Shown here one piece after another: positions 33,025 through 43,816 of a stretch of 64,000 nucleotides of DNA. The notes under the pieces are model-generated. The model was not told where the DNA came from and ran no database searches. It saw only the letters and a list, made by a program, of their open reading frames with translations. The stretch comes from a virus, in the IMG/VR virus record IMGVR_UViG_3300037116_000081, positions 21,925 through 85,924 of that record, one strand, 5' to 3'. The position numbers and the translations under genes are program-made. Within the stretch, counting starts at the first letter, position 1; each line of letters starts with the position of its first letter.

Positions 33025-35409
33025 TCACATCGCTGTTCTGACTTTGAGCGTGACGCCGCTCGCTGGCGTTGGGTTCGAGCCGAAAATGTTGTAGCTTGCG
33101 CTGATGTTCGAGACGTCGCCGGCAAAGACGTAGATTGGTATCGAGGTTGGTTGGTTGAACTGGAAGAGCTGATTCGCCGCGGCCGTCGCTGGAAGCGTGA
33201 TCGTCGCAATGGTCCGGTTGCCATCCGAAACCGTGAGCACCAAATCTTGTCCAGTCGGAGGAACCGAGGCCGCGAGCAGCAGTTGAACGAAAAGCCCGGT
33301 GCGTCCCCAGATGTACGGGTTAGTGATGTTGTTCGCACTCGCTACCGAAGCACCGGCGCCCAGCACAAAGACGGCTTCCTCGTATTGCAAGACAGGCAGC
33401 GGATTGACCGTGCGCCCTACCAACCGTTCGTACCATTTGATCCAGTTGCCCGGATCGAGATTTGTGGTCCCTTCCACTGCCCATGAAAACGCGGATCCCT
33501 TGTAGAGGTTCGGTGGAATCATCGTCCCGGTAACTTGCGTGACGAGGATTTGCTTGGCGTTAATCCCCGACAGCGGAATATCGACGCTCATAATCTGGCC
33601 CGGTCGAATTCCTGGGTAGCGCGTGGTGAAGTCGATCACAGTTGGAACCCCGCCAAGCCTCAGCAGTTCCGCGCCGGCGATCGCGTTCAAGTCGTCAATG
33701 GTCGAGACGTTCTGGAGTTGCATGACGCCTTCATAGATTCCAGAACCGCAGGTGCCCAGCGGGCTCCCGGAAGGACCGACAGGCGCAAGAGCATCACCGT
33801 ACTGCGCGTTGCTCGAATTGGTTGAGCTGGCTGGCACGTAGTCGATAACGATCACAGCATCCGCTGGAGGCTGGAAGGTCCACACAACCGTTGTGGTGCC
33901 GGGTCCGAAGAACCACAAGTAGTCGGTCAGTCCCGTTCGGACCTGTCCGGAAAACTGGGTGAAGTCGATAACGCTTTGTGGAGCGCCGTTCACCGTCATA
34001 CTCAGCACCGAGCCGATTCCCACACTCGTGTTGAACCCCGTCGCGATGAAAGTGTTCGTCGGCGAAAAGAATGTCTTGATGATTCCCGGCTGGCCCACTG
34101 CGAAATTCGGGTAATTATCCGTTATCCCCGTTTGTCCCGTTGTGCCGGATCCGCCTGAGCCTGAGCCTGGGAGAATGTTGAGATTCGAAACCGCGTACAG
34201 CTTGTTGTAGTAGTTCGTTGTGGTGACGGTGTTTCGGATCGTCAGATCCTTTTCAGGTCCCCAGTAGTTCGCCGAACTCTCAGTGAGCGAGAACGGCGCC
34301 GCGGGCAGGTTCGTCAGTGACGAGAAATGGAGCACGTAGTTTTCATCGATCCACCACACCATACCGTTATCGGTGCAGATTTGATCGAATGCCTGGGTGA
34401 CGGTCGGGAAGTTCCATGTGAGGTCCGCCGCGAGGTCTCCCAGGTTTCCAGGTGCGATTTCCGGACCCGGCACGATTCCCTCGCCGTTCAGGAAATTGTT
34501 GACAATATCGAGAATGACACCCGCCACGTCGGTCGGCAGTAACGAGATCGGATCAACCGCGGGGTAGGTGACGCCGACTACTACCCGATGATCACAGATT
34601 CCCGACTTGTCGGTAGCCGTGACGTGGAACGTGGTGGCGTTCGAGCTCTCTGTGCTCAAGAATCGGTCGGTGATTATCTGGGTGATGCAGCCTGAAAAGA
34701 TCCGCGCGCCGAAGTCGAGCATCAAAACCGTCTGGCCGAGGACCGGAATAAGCGACTGACTCTGGCCAGGCGGCTTCATGTTCATGTCGAAGGTAGCCGT
34801 CCAGCGTCCCAGGGTTTGGCTGGTAACCTGACAAGTGCCGTCAACGAAGCTCAGATAGGCTGAAGCGTCTTGGCCGGACAGAAACAGGAAGATACCCTGA
34901 TTGCCTCCGTTGAGAGTTGGGGTGTACCAGCGTTCGCCGGACGGGATCCCTACAACATTGAGCCACCGTGGGCTACCTTCCACTATCGGGGTAGGCCAAG
35001 ACTCGCCAGACGGTATCCCGGCTGACAGTGCAATCGTTTGGACGTTGGCCACTCGAGGGGGATACCAGGTCTCACCGCTCGGAATTGCCACCGTGGGAGG
35101 GCTTGCGGTACCCACCAGCACGGTTTGGCCCACCCGGATGGTAGGTGTAGGCCAAGATTCTCCTGAAGGGATGGCAGCCACCGTGATGGCTCCCGCAACC
35201 GCAGGGGTGAACCAGCGTTCCGAAGTGCCGATCGCAGGCAACGGCGGAATGACGGTATTGGCGCCCCCCGTGATGGTTGGGGTTCCCCAAGACTCACTGG
35301 AAGCGATAGCCGGCGCCGCGGGAGTGATGGTCTGCGGACCCGTTGAGGAGCTTTGCAGCGGTCCTATATCGAGGTTCGAGGTTTGAAGAGGCCCAATGTC
35401 AAGAGCCAT
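33025..35409 (-). CDS. tail tip/hub protein with N-terminal IPSGESW.TP repeats
   Basis: Position after the tape measure gene; about six copies of IPSGE.W..P; WWIDENYVLHF hub-like motif. Confidence 0.75.
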   Translation of the reverse strand: MALDIGPLQTSNLDIGPLQSSSTGPQTITPAAPAIASSESWGTPTITGGANTVIPPLPAIGTSERWFTPAVAGAITVAAIPSGESWPTPTIRVGQTVLVGTASPPTVAIPSGETWYPPRVANVQTIALSAGIPSGESWPTPIVEGSPRWLNVVGIPSGERWYTPTLNGGNQGIFLFLSGQDASAYLSFVDGTCQVTSQTLGRWTATFDMNMKPPGQSQSLIPVLGQTVLMLDFGARIFSGCITQIITDRFLSTESSNATTFHVTATDKSGICDHRVVVGVTYPAVDPISLLPTDVAGVILDIVNNFLNGEGIVPGPEIAPGNLGDLAADLTWNFPTVTQAFDQICTDNGMVWWIDENYVLHFSSLTNLPAAPFSLTESSANYWGPEKDLTIRNTVTTTNYYNKLYAVSNLNILPGSGSGGSGTTGQTGITDNYPNFAVGQPGIIKTFFSPTNTFIATGFNTSVGIGSVLSMTVNGAPQSVIDFTQFSGQVRTGLTDYLWFFGPGTTTVVWTFQPPADAVIVIDYVPASSTNSSNAQYGDALAPVGPSGSPLGTCGSGIYEGVMQLQNVSTIDDLNAIAGAELLRLGGVPTVIDFTTRYPGIRPGQIMSVDIPLSGINAKQILVTQVTGTMIPPNLYKGSAFSWAVEGTTNLDPGNWIKWYERLVGRTVNPLPVLQYEEAVFVLGAGASVASANNITNPYIWGRTGLFVQLLLAASVPPTGQDLVLTVSDGNRTIATITLPATAAANQLFQFNQPTSIPIYVFAGDVSNISASYNIFGSNPTPASGVTLKVRTAM

Positions 35410-35413
35410 GACG

Positions 35414-36688
35414 TTATGGGATTACCGTTGGGACGCCAGCCTGTTTGCAGGCCGCGCCTGCTCCCGACGTGTTGTTTAGCGAAAAGTCGCCACTAGATGC
35501 GTTCGTAAATGGATCGCCGGTCAAGGTCACGTCATCAACCCCAGGTCCGCATCCGCTATAGTTGCCGCCTGTGTTGGAGCCGAAAGCGTTGTTAGAAAAG
35601 AACTGTCCGGCAGCACTCCCGTTAGAGCGGATGGCAGGTGCCCCCTGTCCCCAAAAGATGCTGTTGATCACCTGAAGCGAGTTCGCGTTGTTCAGGTAAA
35701 TCCCGGAGTTTGTGTTTGCGTAAAACGCGCAATTGACGATGGACGGGGTATCTGCGTTTTGTTGAAACCACAGCCCCCCGAGACTTCCGCAGCCCTTGAA
35801 GACGCACCGCTCAAAAGAAGCGACCGCCCCTAAAAACCCGCTATTCCCGATGTTCACACCCTCGGCGGTCGTATCGTGAATGAAGCAGGCGAACATGCTG
35901 ATAGCTCCACAGTTCGCAATTCCGTTGATGGTCTGATTTTTGAACTCGCAGAACTGGCAGATAAGTCCCTGGATGGTGTACGGCGTGGTGTAATCTGCCC
36001 ACACCCCGTAAGTGCCCCCATCGAAAAGACAATTGGTAACGGTTATTTGGCCTACGTTTCCTCCGCTAGGCCGCACGGTGAGCAACGCTCCAGGTGTTCC
36101 TGCTGTGCACTCGAAATGAATATTGGCAAACTCAATTTGGTTGTTGTATAGGGTGACTAAATTGACAGAGTTCGTGGATGTCGTCCAGGTCACCTGTGTG
36201 CCGTCACCGCGCGTGGAGCCGTATCCGATGAATTGACAGTTGCCGGGAATGCCCGTTTGGGTAGCTGTGACGATGTAAGAACCGGAATTCTGGATATATA
36301 CGTCGTTACCAGGGACCATTTCTGCTATGGCTTGCGCAACCGTCGCAAGCGCGCCGCCGATATTTAGCGTCAACCCGGTGCCGGTTGTGGTGTTGCGGTC
36401 CACCACAATCGTTGTACTGTTGGTGAGGCTCTCGACCCAATACCAATTTCCATCGAAGTAGATGATGTTATCAACGATGGCCGAGGTGAAAGACGCCGTT
36501 ACGCTGACTATCGAGGTGGAACCAACCCCCACTCCGTCTGTGGTGCTTTGATTATTTCCACTGCCTGGGTTTTTGGAGTCCTGTTGGGAATAGTCCGTAC
36601 CCGAGCCACCCGAGATGAAGCCGCCGCCGTTGGTGTCATTGCCAACGGTTGGGCGAACCTCCCATACTGCTGTGGCTGGAAGCGCCAT
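35414..36688 (-). CDS. right-handed beta-helix (pectate-lyase-like) tail protein
   Basis: Asn/Cys ladder repeats NCLFD, NCAFY, NSIFW; DPF.NASSGDFSL. Confidence 0.75.
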   Translation of the reverse strand: MALPATAVWEVRPTVGNDTNGGGFISGGSGTDYSQQDSKNPGSGNNQSTTDGVGVGSTSIVSVTASFTSAIVDNIIYFDGNWYWVESLTNSTTIVVDRNTTTGTGLTLNIGGALATVAQAIAEMVPGNDVYIQNSGSYIVTATQTGIPGNCQFIGYGSTRGDGTQVTWTTSTNSVNLVTLYNNQIEFANIHFECTAGTPGALLTVRPSGGNVGQITVTNCLFDGGTYGVWADYTTPYTIQGLICQFCEFKNQTINGIANCGAISMFACFIHDTTAEGVNIGNSGFLGAVASFERCVFKGCGSLGGLWFQQNADTPSIVNCAFYANTNSGIYLNNANSLQVINSIFWGQGAPAIRSNGSAAGQFFSNNAFGSNTGGNYSGCGPGVDDVTLTGDPFTNASSGDFSLNNTSGAGAACKQAGVPTVIP

Positions 36689-36691
36689 GCA

Positions 36692-37222
36692 TTACGCCAG
36701 AACGATACGCGGTTCGGGAATCCAGATCCCGCCAGGTCCGAGCTTGGCCGGTATCCCAGCGACTTCACGGAACCACTCGAGAAGCTTTCGCGCGCGGCCT
36801 TTCTCTGATTCTGGCAATCCAGCAAAGAGAGTGAACACTTGGCCGGACGCCCACGCTACCGTGATGTCGCCACCATTCGGCGTCACAGGCAAACCGCTCG
36901 CGGTGTCGATCAGGCCAATGAGTGGTGACGTGCTCGAAGTCCCGCTATCCACGTATAGGGGAATATAGGAAGCTGTCGATCCCGACACGGACGTGAAGAT
37001 CACGTTAGCAGCCGATAGAGTTCCAGCAGATCCAGTACGGCTCGAAAGCGCCACCCCAGCAGCAACGATGTTGCCTCCGGAGATTGCCGAGTAAAATTGA
37101 TCCGTGGCCAGGTTCGGCGTGTAGCCGGTCGTCACGAGCGAAATTTTCAGCGCGTCCGTGAGTGCATCCGTTCCGCCTTCGAGAAACAACTCGCGGCCGT
37201 GTGCGTAAAGGCTATTCGCCAT
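36692..37222 (-). CDS. conserved tail-associated structural protein
   Basis: LKISLV..GYTP, LIGLID and PNGGDITVAW motifs. Confidence 0.65.
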   Translation of the reverse strand: MANSLYAHGRELFLEGGTDALTDALKISLVTTGYTPNLATDQFYSAISGGNIVAAGVALSSRTGSAGTLSAANVIFTSVSGSTASYIPLYVDSGTSSTSPLIGLIDTASGLPVTPNGGDITVAWASGQVFTLFAGLPESEKGRARKLLEWFREVAGIPAKLGPGGIWIPEPRIVLA

Positions 37223-37360
37223 CTTGCGGCTCCTTTGGTTGTGTCGCTATTACTTCTGCGATTATCTTCCTAGAATCCGCCACTGCTGTTTTTGGAGTTT
37301 TCGTGCCTCCCGCGCACATCAGCGCCGCCATGATGCAAATCATTTCAGGATCGATGCGTT

Positions 37361-37576
37361 TCATTGCTTAACTCCCAGATCCAACACTCTCGCGAGACTT
37401 GGCGGCCCAGCGGTCTGTCTGAAATGCTCTGCCCACTTCTTATCTCGGTACGGCGTCATCTTTCGGTTTTCGTTCCTCAGATCGTCCATTGCCCGCCTTC
37501 GTTCCATGATGTGCGCTTCCAATTCCTTGATGCTCATCGGCTCGACGTTCGCCAAAATGTCTTGTAGGTCTCTCAT
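37361..37576 (-). CDS. small coiled-coil protein
   Basis: ORF between the tape measure and tail genes. Confidence 0.5.
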   Translation of the reverse strand: MRDLQDILANVEPMSIKELEAHIMERRRAMDDLRNENRKMTPYRDKKWAEHFRQTAGPPSLARVLDLGVKQ

Positions 37577-37589
37577 CGTTCCCCCGATT

Positions 37590-40500
37590 CTACCGTATTT
37601 TCTGCCCGCCTACCTGCTGAAGTTTCGTTACCACGTTCTTCGACACCAGATCCGAGAATTGCTGGATCTGCGCATTGTTGTTCATCGCCACCACTCCCGG
37701 AGTGATATTGGTCTGAATGTTGAGAATGAGTTGCCCTGGATTCGTCAGAATGTTGTTCGACGTAAAGCTGTTCGAGCCGCCTGGCCCGCTGTTGCCGATG
37801 CCCGGAACATTCGCGGTTGGCAGGATCGGTGTGAAGCTGTTCGAGCCAGGCGAGTAAGCTACCGTAGCCGGCACAGGCGTTGCCTTGGTAATCGCGGTGA
37901 AGCTGGTCGCCACAGTGTTGGCCGCGGCTGTCACCGTAGTTCCCACAGCCGTCAGAGTCGTACCCAGCGTACTCGTAACCGTCGAGAGCGTTGCAAGACT
38001 CGTGCCTGTCGCGCTTGCCGCCGTCGCCACACCCTGCACTGACGCCCCAAGCCCGTATGGCCCGGCAAGATCCCCATCGAGCACTTTGAGATCTGCGCCG
38101 ATTTGATCGGCGAAGGATTGTAGCGCCGCGCCGCCAGATCCGCCTCCGCCGGCGCCGCCCGCCACCACAGCAGCCAGGATGTTGGTTAGCGTCTCATTCA
38201 TTGACTGGGTGAGTTCCATGATGGTCACGACATCGCCATGGATGTAGCCCAGGAATTCCGCTGACTTGCCGGTGTAAAACTGGATCGAACCGGATCCTGA
38301 GTCCCCCAAGTAGATGGCCATGCGCGCGGTTTCATGCTCGATATCCGATAGCAGGGTGTTGGTGTGCATCAACTCAATCGCGCTGAAGATGGAGGCGATT
38401 GCTGAGACGACAGACGCCACAGCCGTAAGCCCAGAAACCATCTGGCTTGCACTCTGACTTACCGAACTCGCCGCTGACTTCATTGAACTGCTCGCGGTGT
38501 TGGAAAACGACTTGACCGCATCCCCGGCTTGGCCAAAGTAGGTAATCGAAACCTGCGAGAAATCCTGAGCCGCTTGCCCGGCCGACTGCATGGCCGGTGC
38601 AATGATTCCACCTCCAGACGGTCCACCGAAGATCGCGTTGAACATCTTCCCGAAATCGCTCACTGCGTTCGTGTTCTGAAGAAACGCATCCTTGAGCTGA
38701 TTGAGAAGATACTGGGTTACAAGTTCCGCAATCTGCTGTTTCAGTGTGTCGAAAACTTTGGTCAGCGCAGCACCGAAGTTTTGACCGCTCACCATCGCAT
38801 CCCCGAGCCCTTTACCGAGATCAGTCCAAGCCGTTCCGAGCGCCTTCACCATGCCGGTGTACAAATTCGATAGGCCGATGGTCTGATCCTTCAGGACGTT
38901 CATCTGGGTCTGAACGGCAGTAAGCTGCTCGGTCCATTGCAACGTCTGCTGAGCCGTCGCACCGGTGGAATCCGCGATCTTAATTTGGAGCTGCGCTATC
39001 TGAGCCTGCACCGCTAACTGCTGCTGAAGCGGCGCGCCCATCTGTTCCATGGTTTGCAGGTTCCTCTGCATTGCCGCGAGTTGCTGTTCGTCGAGACTGA
39101 CATCGTCAATCTTCAGCGTCTTGAGCATCGCGTAGACGGCCCCAACTTTAGCGCCCCAAGTGGTAACGGTAGTCGAAGAGTCGATCCAGCTTTTGTTGAT
39201 CGCTTGGATGTTCGCCTCCATTTGGGTGGTGAACACTCCAGCATCCGCCAGTTGGCTAGTGAGCGATTTCCCGAAAGTGGTATCGAACGTAGCCCAGTCC
39301 TTTTGCATACTACTCGCGAGGTCATCAAAACCTTTCTGCATTGCCAGAAGGTTCTCTAAAATCTTCGCAGGGTCGTCGGTCTGTGCTGCTTGGTGTTGCG
39401 CCGCCGCAAACGCCGTCATGTCCTTAATCCATTCCTGAATGGCTGGGCTCATCTCAGCAACCTGTACGGGGAACTTATCCGCAAGCGTTTGGATTTTGTC
39501 GCCCAACTTGGTGAGATTATCGTCCTCAATGAAACCCTGGACCGTCATCTTCAGCGCGTTGAGTTGATCGATGTATTGCTGTATGCCCGCGATTTGCGCT
39601 GGAGTAAGACTGAAATTCGCCATGTCCTTCATGGCCAGCGCGAGAGCCTGATTGATCTGAGAAAGCATCTGGGTAGCTTTCTCGCCACCCTGCTGAAGTT
39701 GTATTAGGTAAGCATCCTCAGTAGCGGGAATGGAGTTCAGAAGACTCGCCACCGACTGGCCGAGCTTCGCAAGAGCGACCTGTATCTGCTGGCCGCTTTG
39801 GTCCGCCTTGACGCCTAACAATTTCAGCGCATCACCCACCTGGGAAGCTGAATATCCCATGGCGGCCAGCATCGTGCCGAGTTGAGTCGCCGCATAGCCT
39901 TCGTTCAGTAGCTCCTTGCCCATAGCAAAGGCGCTTGCGGTTACCCCGTCAGTGGACGTCTTCACATTGGTAGCCGTGGCGGCCCAGATTTGATCGATTA
40001 TTTTTCCGTTCGCTGCCCAATCAGCAGCCATCTTTTGCCCGGTATCGTGGATATCGCTCGCCACTGCGTTCCACCCGTTCGTGATGGCGCTCCACGCGCC
40101 GGCCCAATCCTGATTCGCCGCTGCGACCGCTGCTTTGCCGACGCTCATGAACACATCGACCGCAACCTTGCCGAGCCCCACGATGATATCGACGGCTTGC
40201 TGCACGTAGCCGATCAGCGCCACAACGAAAGTTTCAATGCCTTGAAGAGCTAGCTTGAAAACACCGACGCCGCCAGGTCCACCAATCAGTGCGAGCGAAT
40301 CGCCAATGTTGACGGCGGCCTCATGCACAGCGTTGGACATCTGCTGCCATGACCCGGTGACGTCGCCGGCCGTCGCTTGGGAGATTCCAGCGACTTTTTG
40401 AGTTGCGGCAACCAACACGTTCGCGCGTTCAGCGGCAGCTTCCGCATCGGTGCCGTAATTCGCGAAAGCGTTTTGAATATCTTTAACGCTGGCATTCGTC

Positions 40501-41582
40501 ATGCCCATGGCGTTCCCTAAATCGGTCATGCTCAAACCGGCCGCCACGAGAGACCTGGTCATCACCTTACCGGTAGCATCCATCCGCTCAAACGAAGATG
40601 CGACCGAATCGAAGTCATTGCCCGACGCGCGCGCCGCGTCACTAACAGCGGTGAGCAACGCCGGCATTTGTCCAAGAGTGACACCGAATAGAGCAAACTT
40701 CTGCTGCGCGGCTTCTAATGACGGGACTGCCTGGGCGAGAGAGTTGGCGAGTTCGGGTATCGCTTCGAGAGCGGCCGCGGCCCCTTCAGCATCCTTGGTT
40801 ATGGCGGCCAGAGCTTCGCCCGCACGCTGGAATTCAGCGAAGGCCTCTATAGATCCCATGAGCGCTTCTTTGAGAGCTTCAAGCGTTATAGCGATCCCAG
40901 CCAGTTCCAGTCCAGTCGCGAGCATTTCCGTAAAGCCTTCGCTTACGCTGCTCGATTCGGTCTCGACTTCGTGGAGTGCCGGTGGAATCTGTTCTATGTT
41001 GCCCGCAACTTCGCCAGCGCTAGTACCCATGCCGGACATGGACTCAGCCACACCGTCGAGCCCCTGAGCGGCCGTGTTAGCCTCATCGGCGATTCCCGCA
41101 ATTGCCTGCGTTGCCGCATTGGCTTCGTCTGGTATTTCACTGAGCCCGGAGGTACTACCGAACGCCTCGTTTACAGCGGTGCCAGCCTCTTCGGCCGCTT
41201 GGCTGATTTGAGCAAAGGATTGTGCAACCTCATCCCCTACACCACCAAGCGCAGCCTCAGTGGCTTGCGCGGCCTCTTCTGCAGCTACTGGAATAGCATC
41301 AAAGGCTTGCTGGGCTTGCTCGTCAATCCCGGTGAAGAGATCCGCCTGCCCAGCGAATGCATCCGCAACCTCCGCCGCGGCCGCCTGCGCAGCCTCAGGA
41401 ACCGCTGCGAAAGCCTCCTGGGCTTGCGTGCCGATATCCGCGAACAGGTTGTCTTGGCCGGCAAACGCGTCTTGGACGGCAGCGGCCGCCGCTTGCGCAG
41501 CTTCGGGGATTTGATCAAACGCGGCCTGGAGATCGGAGATGTCTCCGCCGACTGTGACGACTAAATTATCGAGATCTGCCAC
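37590..41582 (-). CDS. tape measure protein
   Basis: 1330 aa, Ala/Gln-rich helical; N-terminal LVVTVGGDISDL; follows the chaperone genes. Confidence 0.92.
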   Translation of the reverse strand: MADLDNLVVTVGGDISDLQAAFDQIPEAAQAAAAAVQDAFAGQDNLFADIGTQAQEAFAAVPEAAQAAAAEVADAFAGQADLFTGIDEQAQQAFDAIPVAAEEAAQATEAALGGVGDEVAQSFAQISQAAEEAGTAVNEAFGSTSGLSEIPDEANAATQAIAGIADEANTAAQGLDGVAESMSGMGTSAGEVAGNIEQIPPALHEVETESSSVSEGFTEMLATGLELAGIAITLEALKEALMGSIEAFAEFQRAGEALAAITKDAEGAAAALEAIPELANSLAQAVPSLEAAQQKFALFGVTLGQMPALLTAVSDAARASGNDFDSVASSFERMDATGKVMTRSLVAAGLSMTDLGNAMGMTNASVKDIQNAFANYGTDAEAAAERANVLVAATQKVAGISQATAGDVTGSWQQMSNAVHEAAVNIGDSLALIGGPGGVGVFKLALQGIETFVVALIGYVQQAVDIIVGLGKVAVDVFMSVGKAAVAAANQDWAGAWSAITNGWNAVASDIHDTGQKMAADWAANGKIIDQIWAATATNVKTSTDGVTASAFAMGKELLNEGYAATQLGTMLAAMGYSASQVGDALKLLGVKADQSGQQIQVALAKLGQSVASLLNSIPATEDAYLIQLQQGGEKATQMLSQINQALALAMKDMANFSLTPAQIAGIQQYIDQLNALKMTVQGFIEDDNLTKLGDKIQTLADKFPVQVAEMSPAIQEWIKDMTAFAAAQHQAAQTDDPAKILENLLAMQKGFDDLASSMQKDWATFDTTFGKSLTSQLADAGVFTTQMEANIQAINKSWIDSSTTVTTWGAKVGAVYAMLKTLKIDDVSLDEQQLAAMQRNLQTMEQMGAPLQQQLAVQAQIAQLQIKIADSTGATAQQTLQWTEQLTAVQTQMNVLKDQTIGLSNLYTGMVKALGTAWTDLGKGLGDAMVSGQNFGAALTKVFDTLKQQIAELVTQYLLNQLKDAFLQNTNAVSDFGKMFNAIFGGPSGGGIIAPAMQSAGQAAQDFSQVSITYFGQAGDAVKSFSNTASSSMKSAASSVSQSASQMVSGLTAVASVVSAIASIFSAIELMHTNTLLSDIEHETARMAIYLGDSGSGSIQFYTGKSAEFLGYIHGDVVTIMELTQSMNETLTNILAAVVAGGAGGGGSGGAALQSFADQIGADLKVLDGDLAGPYGLGASVQGVATAASATGTSLATLSTVTSTLGTTLTAVGTTVTAAANTVATSFTAITKATPVPATVAYSPGSNSFTPILPTANVPGIGNSGPGGSNSFTSNNILTNPGQLILNIQTNITPGVVAMNNNAQIQQFSDLVSKNVVTKLQQVGGQKIR

Positions 41583-41892
41583 CGAATCCGCCCATGAAGT
41601 TTTGAATCATTTCTATTTGTTCTTCTGGACTCCTCAACACCTTGCCGCTGGTCACAATCCGTTCCACTCGTTTGGAGTTGCGCCGCGGGAAAAGCTCGTC
41701 CAGGCTTTGCGCCGGTGCGTGCTCGGCTCGGTGCGCGTTGTAGTACATCGTGTAGAGCATTCCGATTCGTCGATCCGCCCGCTCCTCAGCATCCAGGTAT
41801 TGCTCCCACACCGCGAAAAACTCCCGCGGCGTCATTTCCCAAAACTCAGCGTCGGTCAGACCCAGTAATTTTCCCGACGCCCACGCGCCCAA
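41566..41892 (-). CDS. tail assembly chaperone, second (frameshift) part
   Basis: LGLTDAEFWEMTPREF motif; open in the -1 frame upstream, overlapping the previous gene. Confidence 0.8.
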   Translation of the reverse strand: MGAWASGKLLGLTDAEFWEMTPREFFAVWEQYLDAEERADRRIGMLYTMYYNAHRAEHAPAQSLDELFPRRNSKRVERIVTSGKVLRSPEEQIEMIQNFMGGFGGRSR

Positions 41893-41900
41893 AACCCTTT

Positions 41901-42254
41901 CTACTGGATCGAGGACTTCTCCGGTATCGGCTCCGGGTTCTCCTGGGGGGCAACTTTTAGGATCATGTTCTTGATGGCAGTTGCCACAGCGAGAGAGTCG
42001 CCGACGTCCAGTTTGTCGATCAACTGATCGGGCGTGAACTGCACGAAACCCGAAAGAGCAACGGATAATATCTTAGCGGTTTGCTCCATCGCTGCGAAGC
42101 CCTTTAGTTGCTCGATCTTGTCGAAAACATCAATACCGTGCAACTCTTTGAGCTTCTGAGCGTCACGCCACCGCAGGCGGATTGGATAGCTTACTCCCTC
42201 AATGGTAACGCGCGGATATTCACTTATCGGAACGGGACGGGGATCTGTTTCCAT
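41901..42254 (-). CDS. tail assembly chaperone
   Basis: Position between the tail tube and tape measure genes. Confidence 0.75.
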   Translation of the reverse strand: METDPRPVPISEYPRVTIEGVSYPIRLRWRDAQKLKELHGIDVFDKIEQLKGFAAMEQTAKILSVALSGFVQFTPDQLIDKLDVGDSLAVATAIKNMILKVAPQENPEPIPEKSSIQ

Positions 42255-42342
42255 AGTATTGCGGACATCGTACCACAAAAGCAAAACGCGAGAACCGAAT
42301 GCCCGCCACTCGATTCCCGCGTTTTGGATGGAATCACTTGAT

Positions 42343-42444
42343 CTACTTATCGTTAGGTTGTGTCGGAGTGTGCGGACCGGCCGGTGGATTGGCTGGACCG
42401 GTCGGCGGAGTCGTCGGCTTCGGATCAGTAGGGTGTTGCGACAT
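42343..42444 (-). CDS. 33-aa Pro-rich peptide MSQHPTDPKPTTPPTGPANPPAGPHTPTQPNDK
   Basis: AAGGAGG SD; translated by hand. Confidence 0.55.
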   Translation of the reverse strand: MSQHPTDPKPTTPPTGPANPPAGPHTPTQPNDK

Positions 42445-42479
42445 TTGGTTTTGCCTCCTTTCCACTTCTCAGTCTACCC

Positions 42480-42932
42480 TTATGCCGGGAAGGTTGGCTC
42501 ACCAGTGCCGCGGACGGACATGGCCGCCTTGATTACCCCATCCACCGTAGCGGAGATCTTGAACGTTGCGATGAAGCCGTTGAAAGTCCACACCGTGCCG
42601 GCAACATCCGAGAAAAGCAGCTTGAACGGAATTGGCAAGCCTGGTGTATTGTTGAGCCCACGCTGGGTGAACAACGCGAGTACAGCCTTTTGGCTTGTAT
42701 CGGCTGGGAGGAAGAACATATCGAGCGCAATGTGGCCAGCGTCCAAGAGCGTGATGATCCAGTCGCGCCACGGTGTTCCGGAATCCTGCGCGGTAACGTC
42801 CTCTTCCTTGCCAGCCATTTCGAGGCCAGTGAGTGAGCCTTGGCGAGAGATCACCGTGTAAACGGGCGGGCTCGATGTGTCGCCGTAAAAAAGTTGAGTG
42901 CCCTTCGAGGGAACTGCGAGAACGTTGCTCAT
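42480..42932 (-). CDS. major tail (tube) protein, lambda gpV-like
   Basis: KGTQL, EDVT..DS, L.DAG.I and TFNGFI...ISATVDG....SVRGTGEP motifs. Confidence 0.88.
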   Translation of the reverse strand: MSNVLAVPSKGTQLFYGDTSSPPVYTVISRQGSLTGLEMAGKEEDVTAQDSGTPWRDWIITLLDAGHIALDMFFLPADTSQKAVLALFTQRGLNNTPGLPIPFKLLFSDVAGTVWTFNGFIATFKISATVDGVIKAAMSVRGTGEPTFPA

Positions 42933-42944
42933 GAGATAGGCTCC

Positions 42945-43379
42945 TTATTGATCGATGTACCAAAGCTTTGCGTCAATGACGCACATGAAAATGGGCGGCT
43001 GGGTTTGCGGCTGAACCAGCATCCGTCTGCCGAGCACGTAATTCGGAGGCGTGCCGAGGAGTGGAGGCGATTGCACGAGCTGTCCGCAATTGAAAGTTTC
43101 GAGAGCTGCTGTGACGGCTTGAGCGAACGCTTCGCTCTGCTGTCCCGAGTTTGCGCCTTGAAAGAATCCGGTGATCTGAAACCGCACATACCCGAAAGTT
43201 CCCTGATTTGTGTTCTCTTGGGTGTAGAGAGGCACGGTCGCGATTCGCTGATACGCTGCGCTCGGATAGGTTGGGTTCTGAGGAAGCTGGACGAGAAAAA
43301 GATTATCGCCAATAATATCAGTGACACCAGACTGAGCCAGAAGACCCGCACGTAATTGCTGTTCGACTGAAACGCTCAC
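42945..43379 (-). CDS. tail terminator (DUF3168-like)
   Basis: LPQNPTYP...YQRI and VRFQI motifs; gene position. Confidence 0.8.
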   Translation of the reverse strand: MSVSVEQQLRAGLLAQSGVTDIIGDNLFLVQLPQNPTYPSAAYQRIATVPLYTQENTNQGTFGYVRFQITGFFQGANSGQQSEAFAQAVTAALETFNCGQLVQSPPLLGTPPNYVLGRRMLVQPQTQPPIFMCVIDAKLWYIDQ

Positions 43380-43816
43380 TGGCCTCCTACAACTGCATCG
43401 AGTTCCTGCAAAATGCCGTTCTTTATCGCATCAATTGCCGGCTGTTTCTGCGTCTCGTACGCGGGTCTCATGTAAGATTGTGCCGCCTGGTGATAATGCC
43501 GGCCCAGCGAATCTACTCCGATGAATCCCATCTCGATGCGCCTTGCATATGCTGGATCGAATCCCCATTTGTTTCCTGCTTCGACTGCGGGTGTCACGGT
43601 CTGCTCTTGGATCTCCGGTTCGTCCACTGTGTTTTCCGTGTGGATCGCATCTTGAAGATTGCCGCTCTCAACCGGCACAATCGCTTTCGCTTCCTGCTCG
43701 ACCAGTCCGGCGGCTTCAGAGACTCCAAACTTCAGCCCGGTCTGCGCAGCGGTCTTCATGTACTGCACTTTGAGCGAGAGAGCATCGAGCCCAGCGATCG
43801 CGACAGTAATATTCAT
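43376..43816 (-). CDS. HK97 gp10-like neck protein
   Basis: AKAIVPVESGNLQDAI, YARRIEMG and YMRPAY motifs. Confidence 0.85.
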   Translation of the reverse strand: MNITVAIAGLDALSLKVQYMKTAAQTGLKFGVSEAAGLVEQEAKAIVPVESGNLQDAIHTENTVDEPEIQEQTVTPAVEAGNKWGFDPAYARRIEMGFIGVDSLGRHYHQAAQSYMRPAYETQKQPAIDAIKNGILQELDAVVGGQ

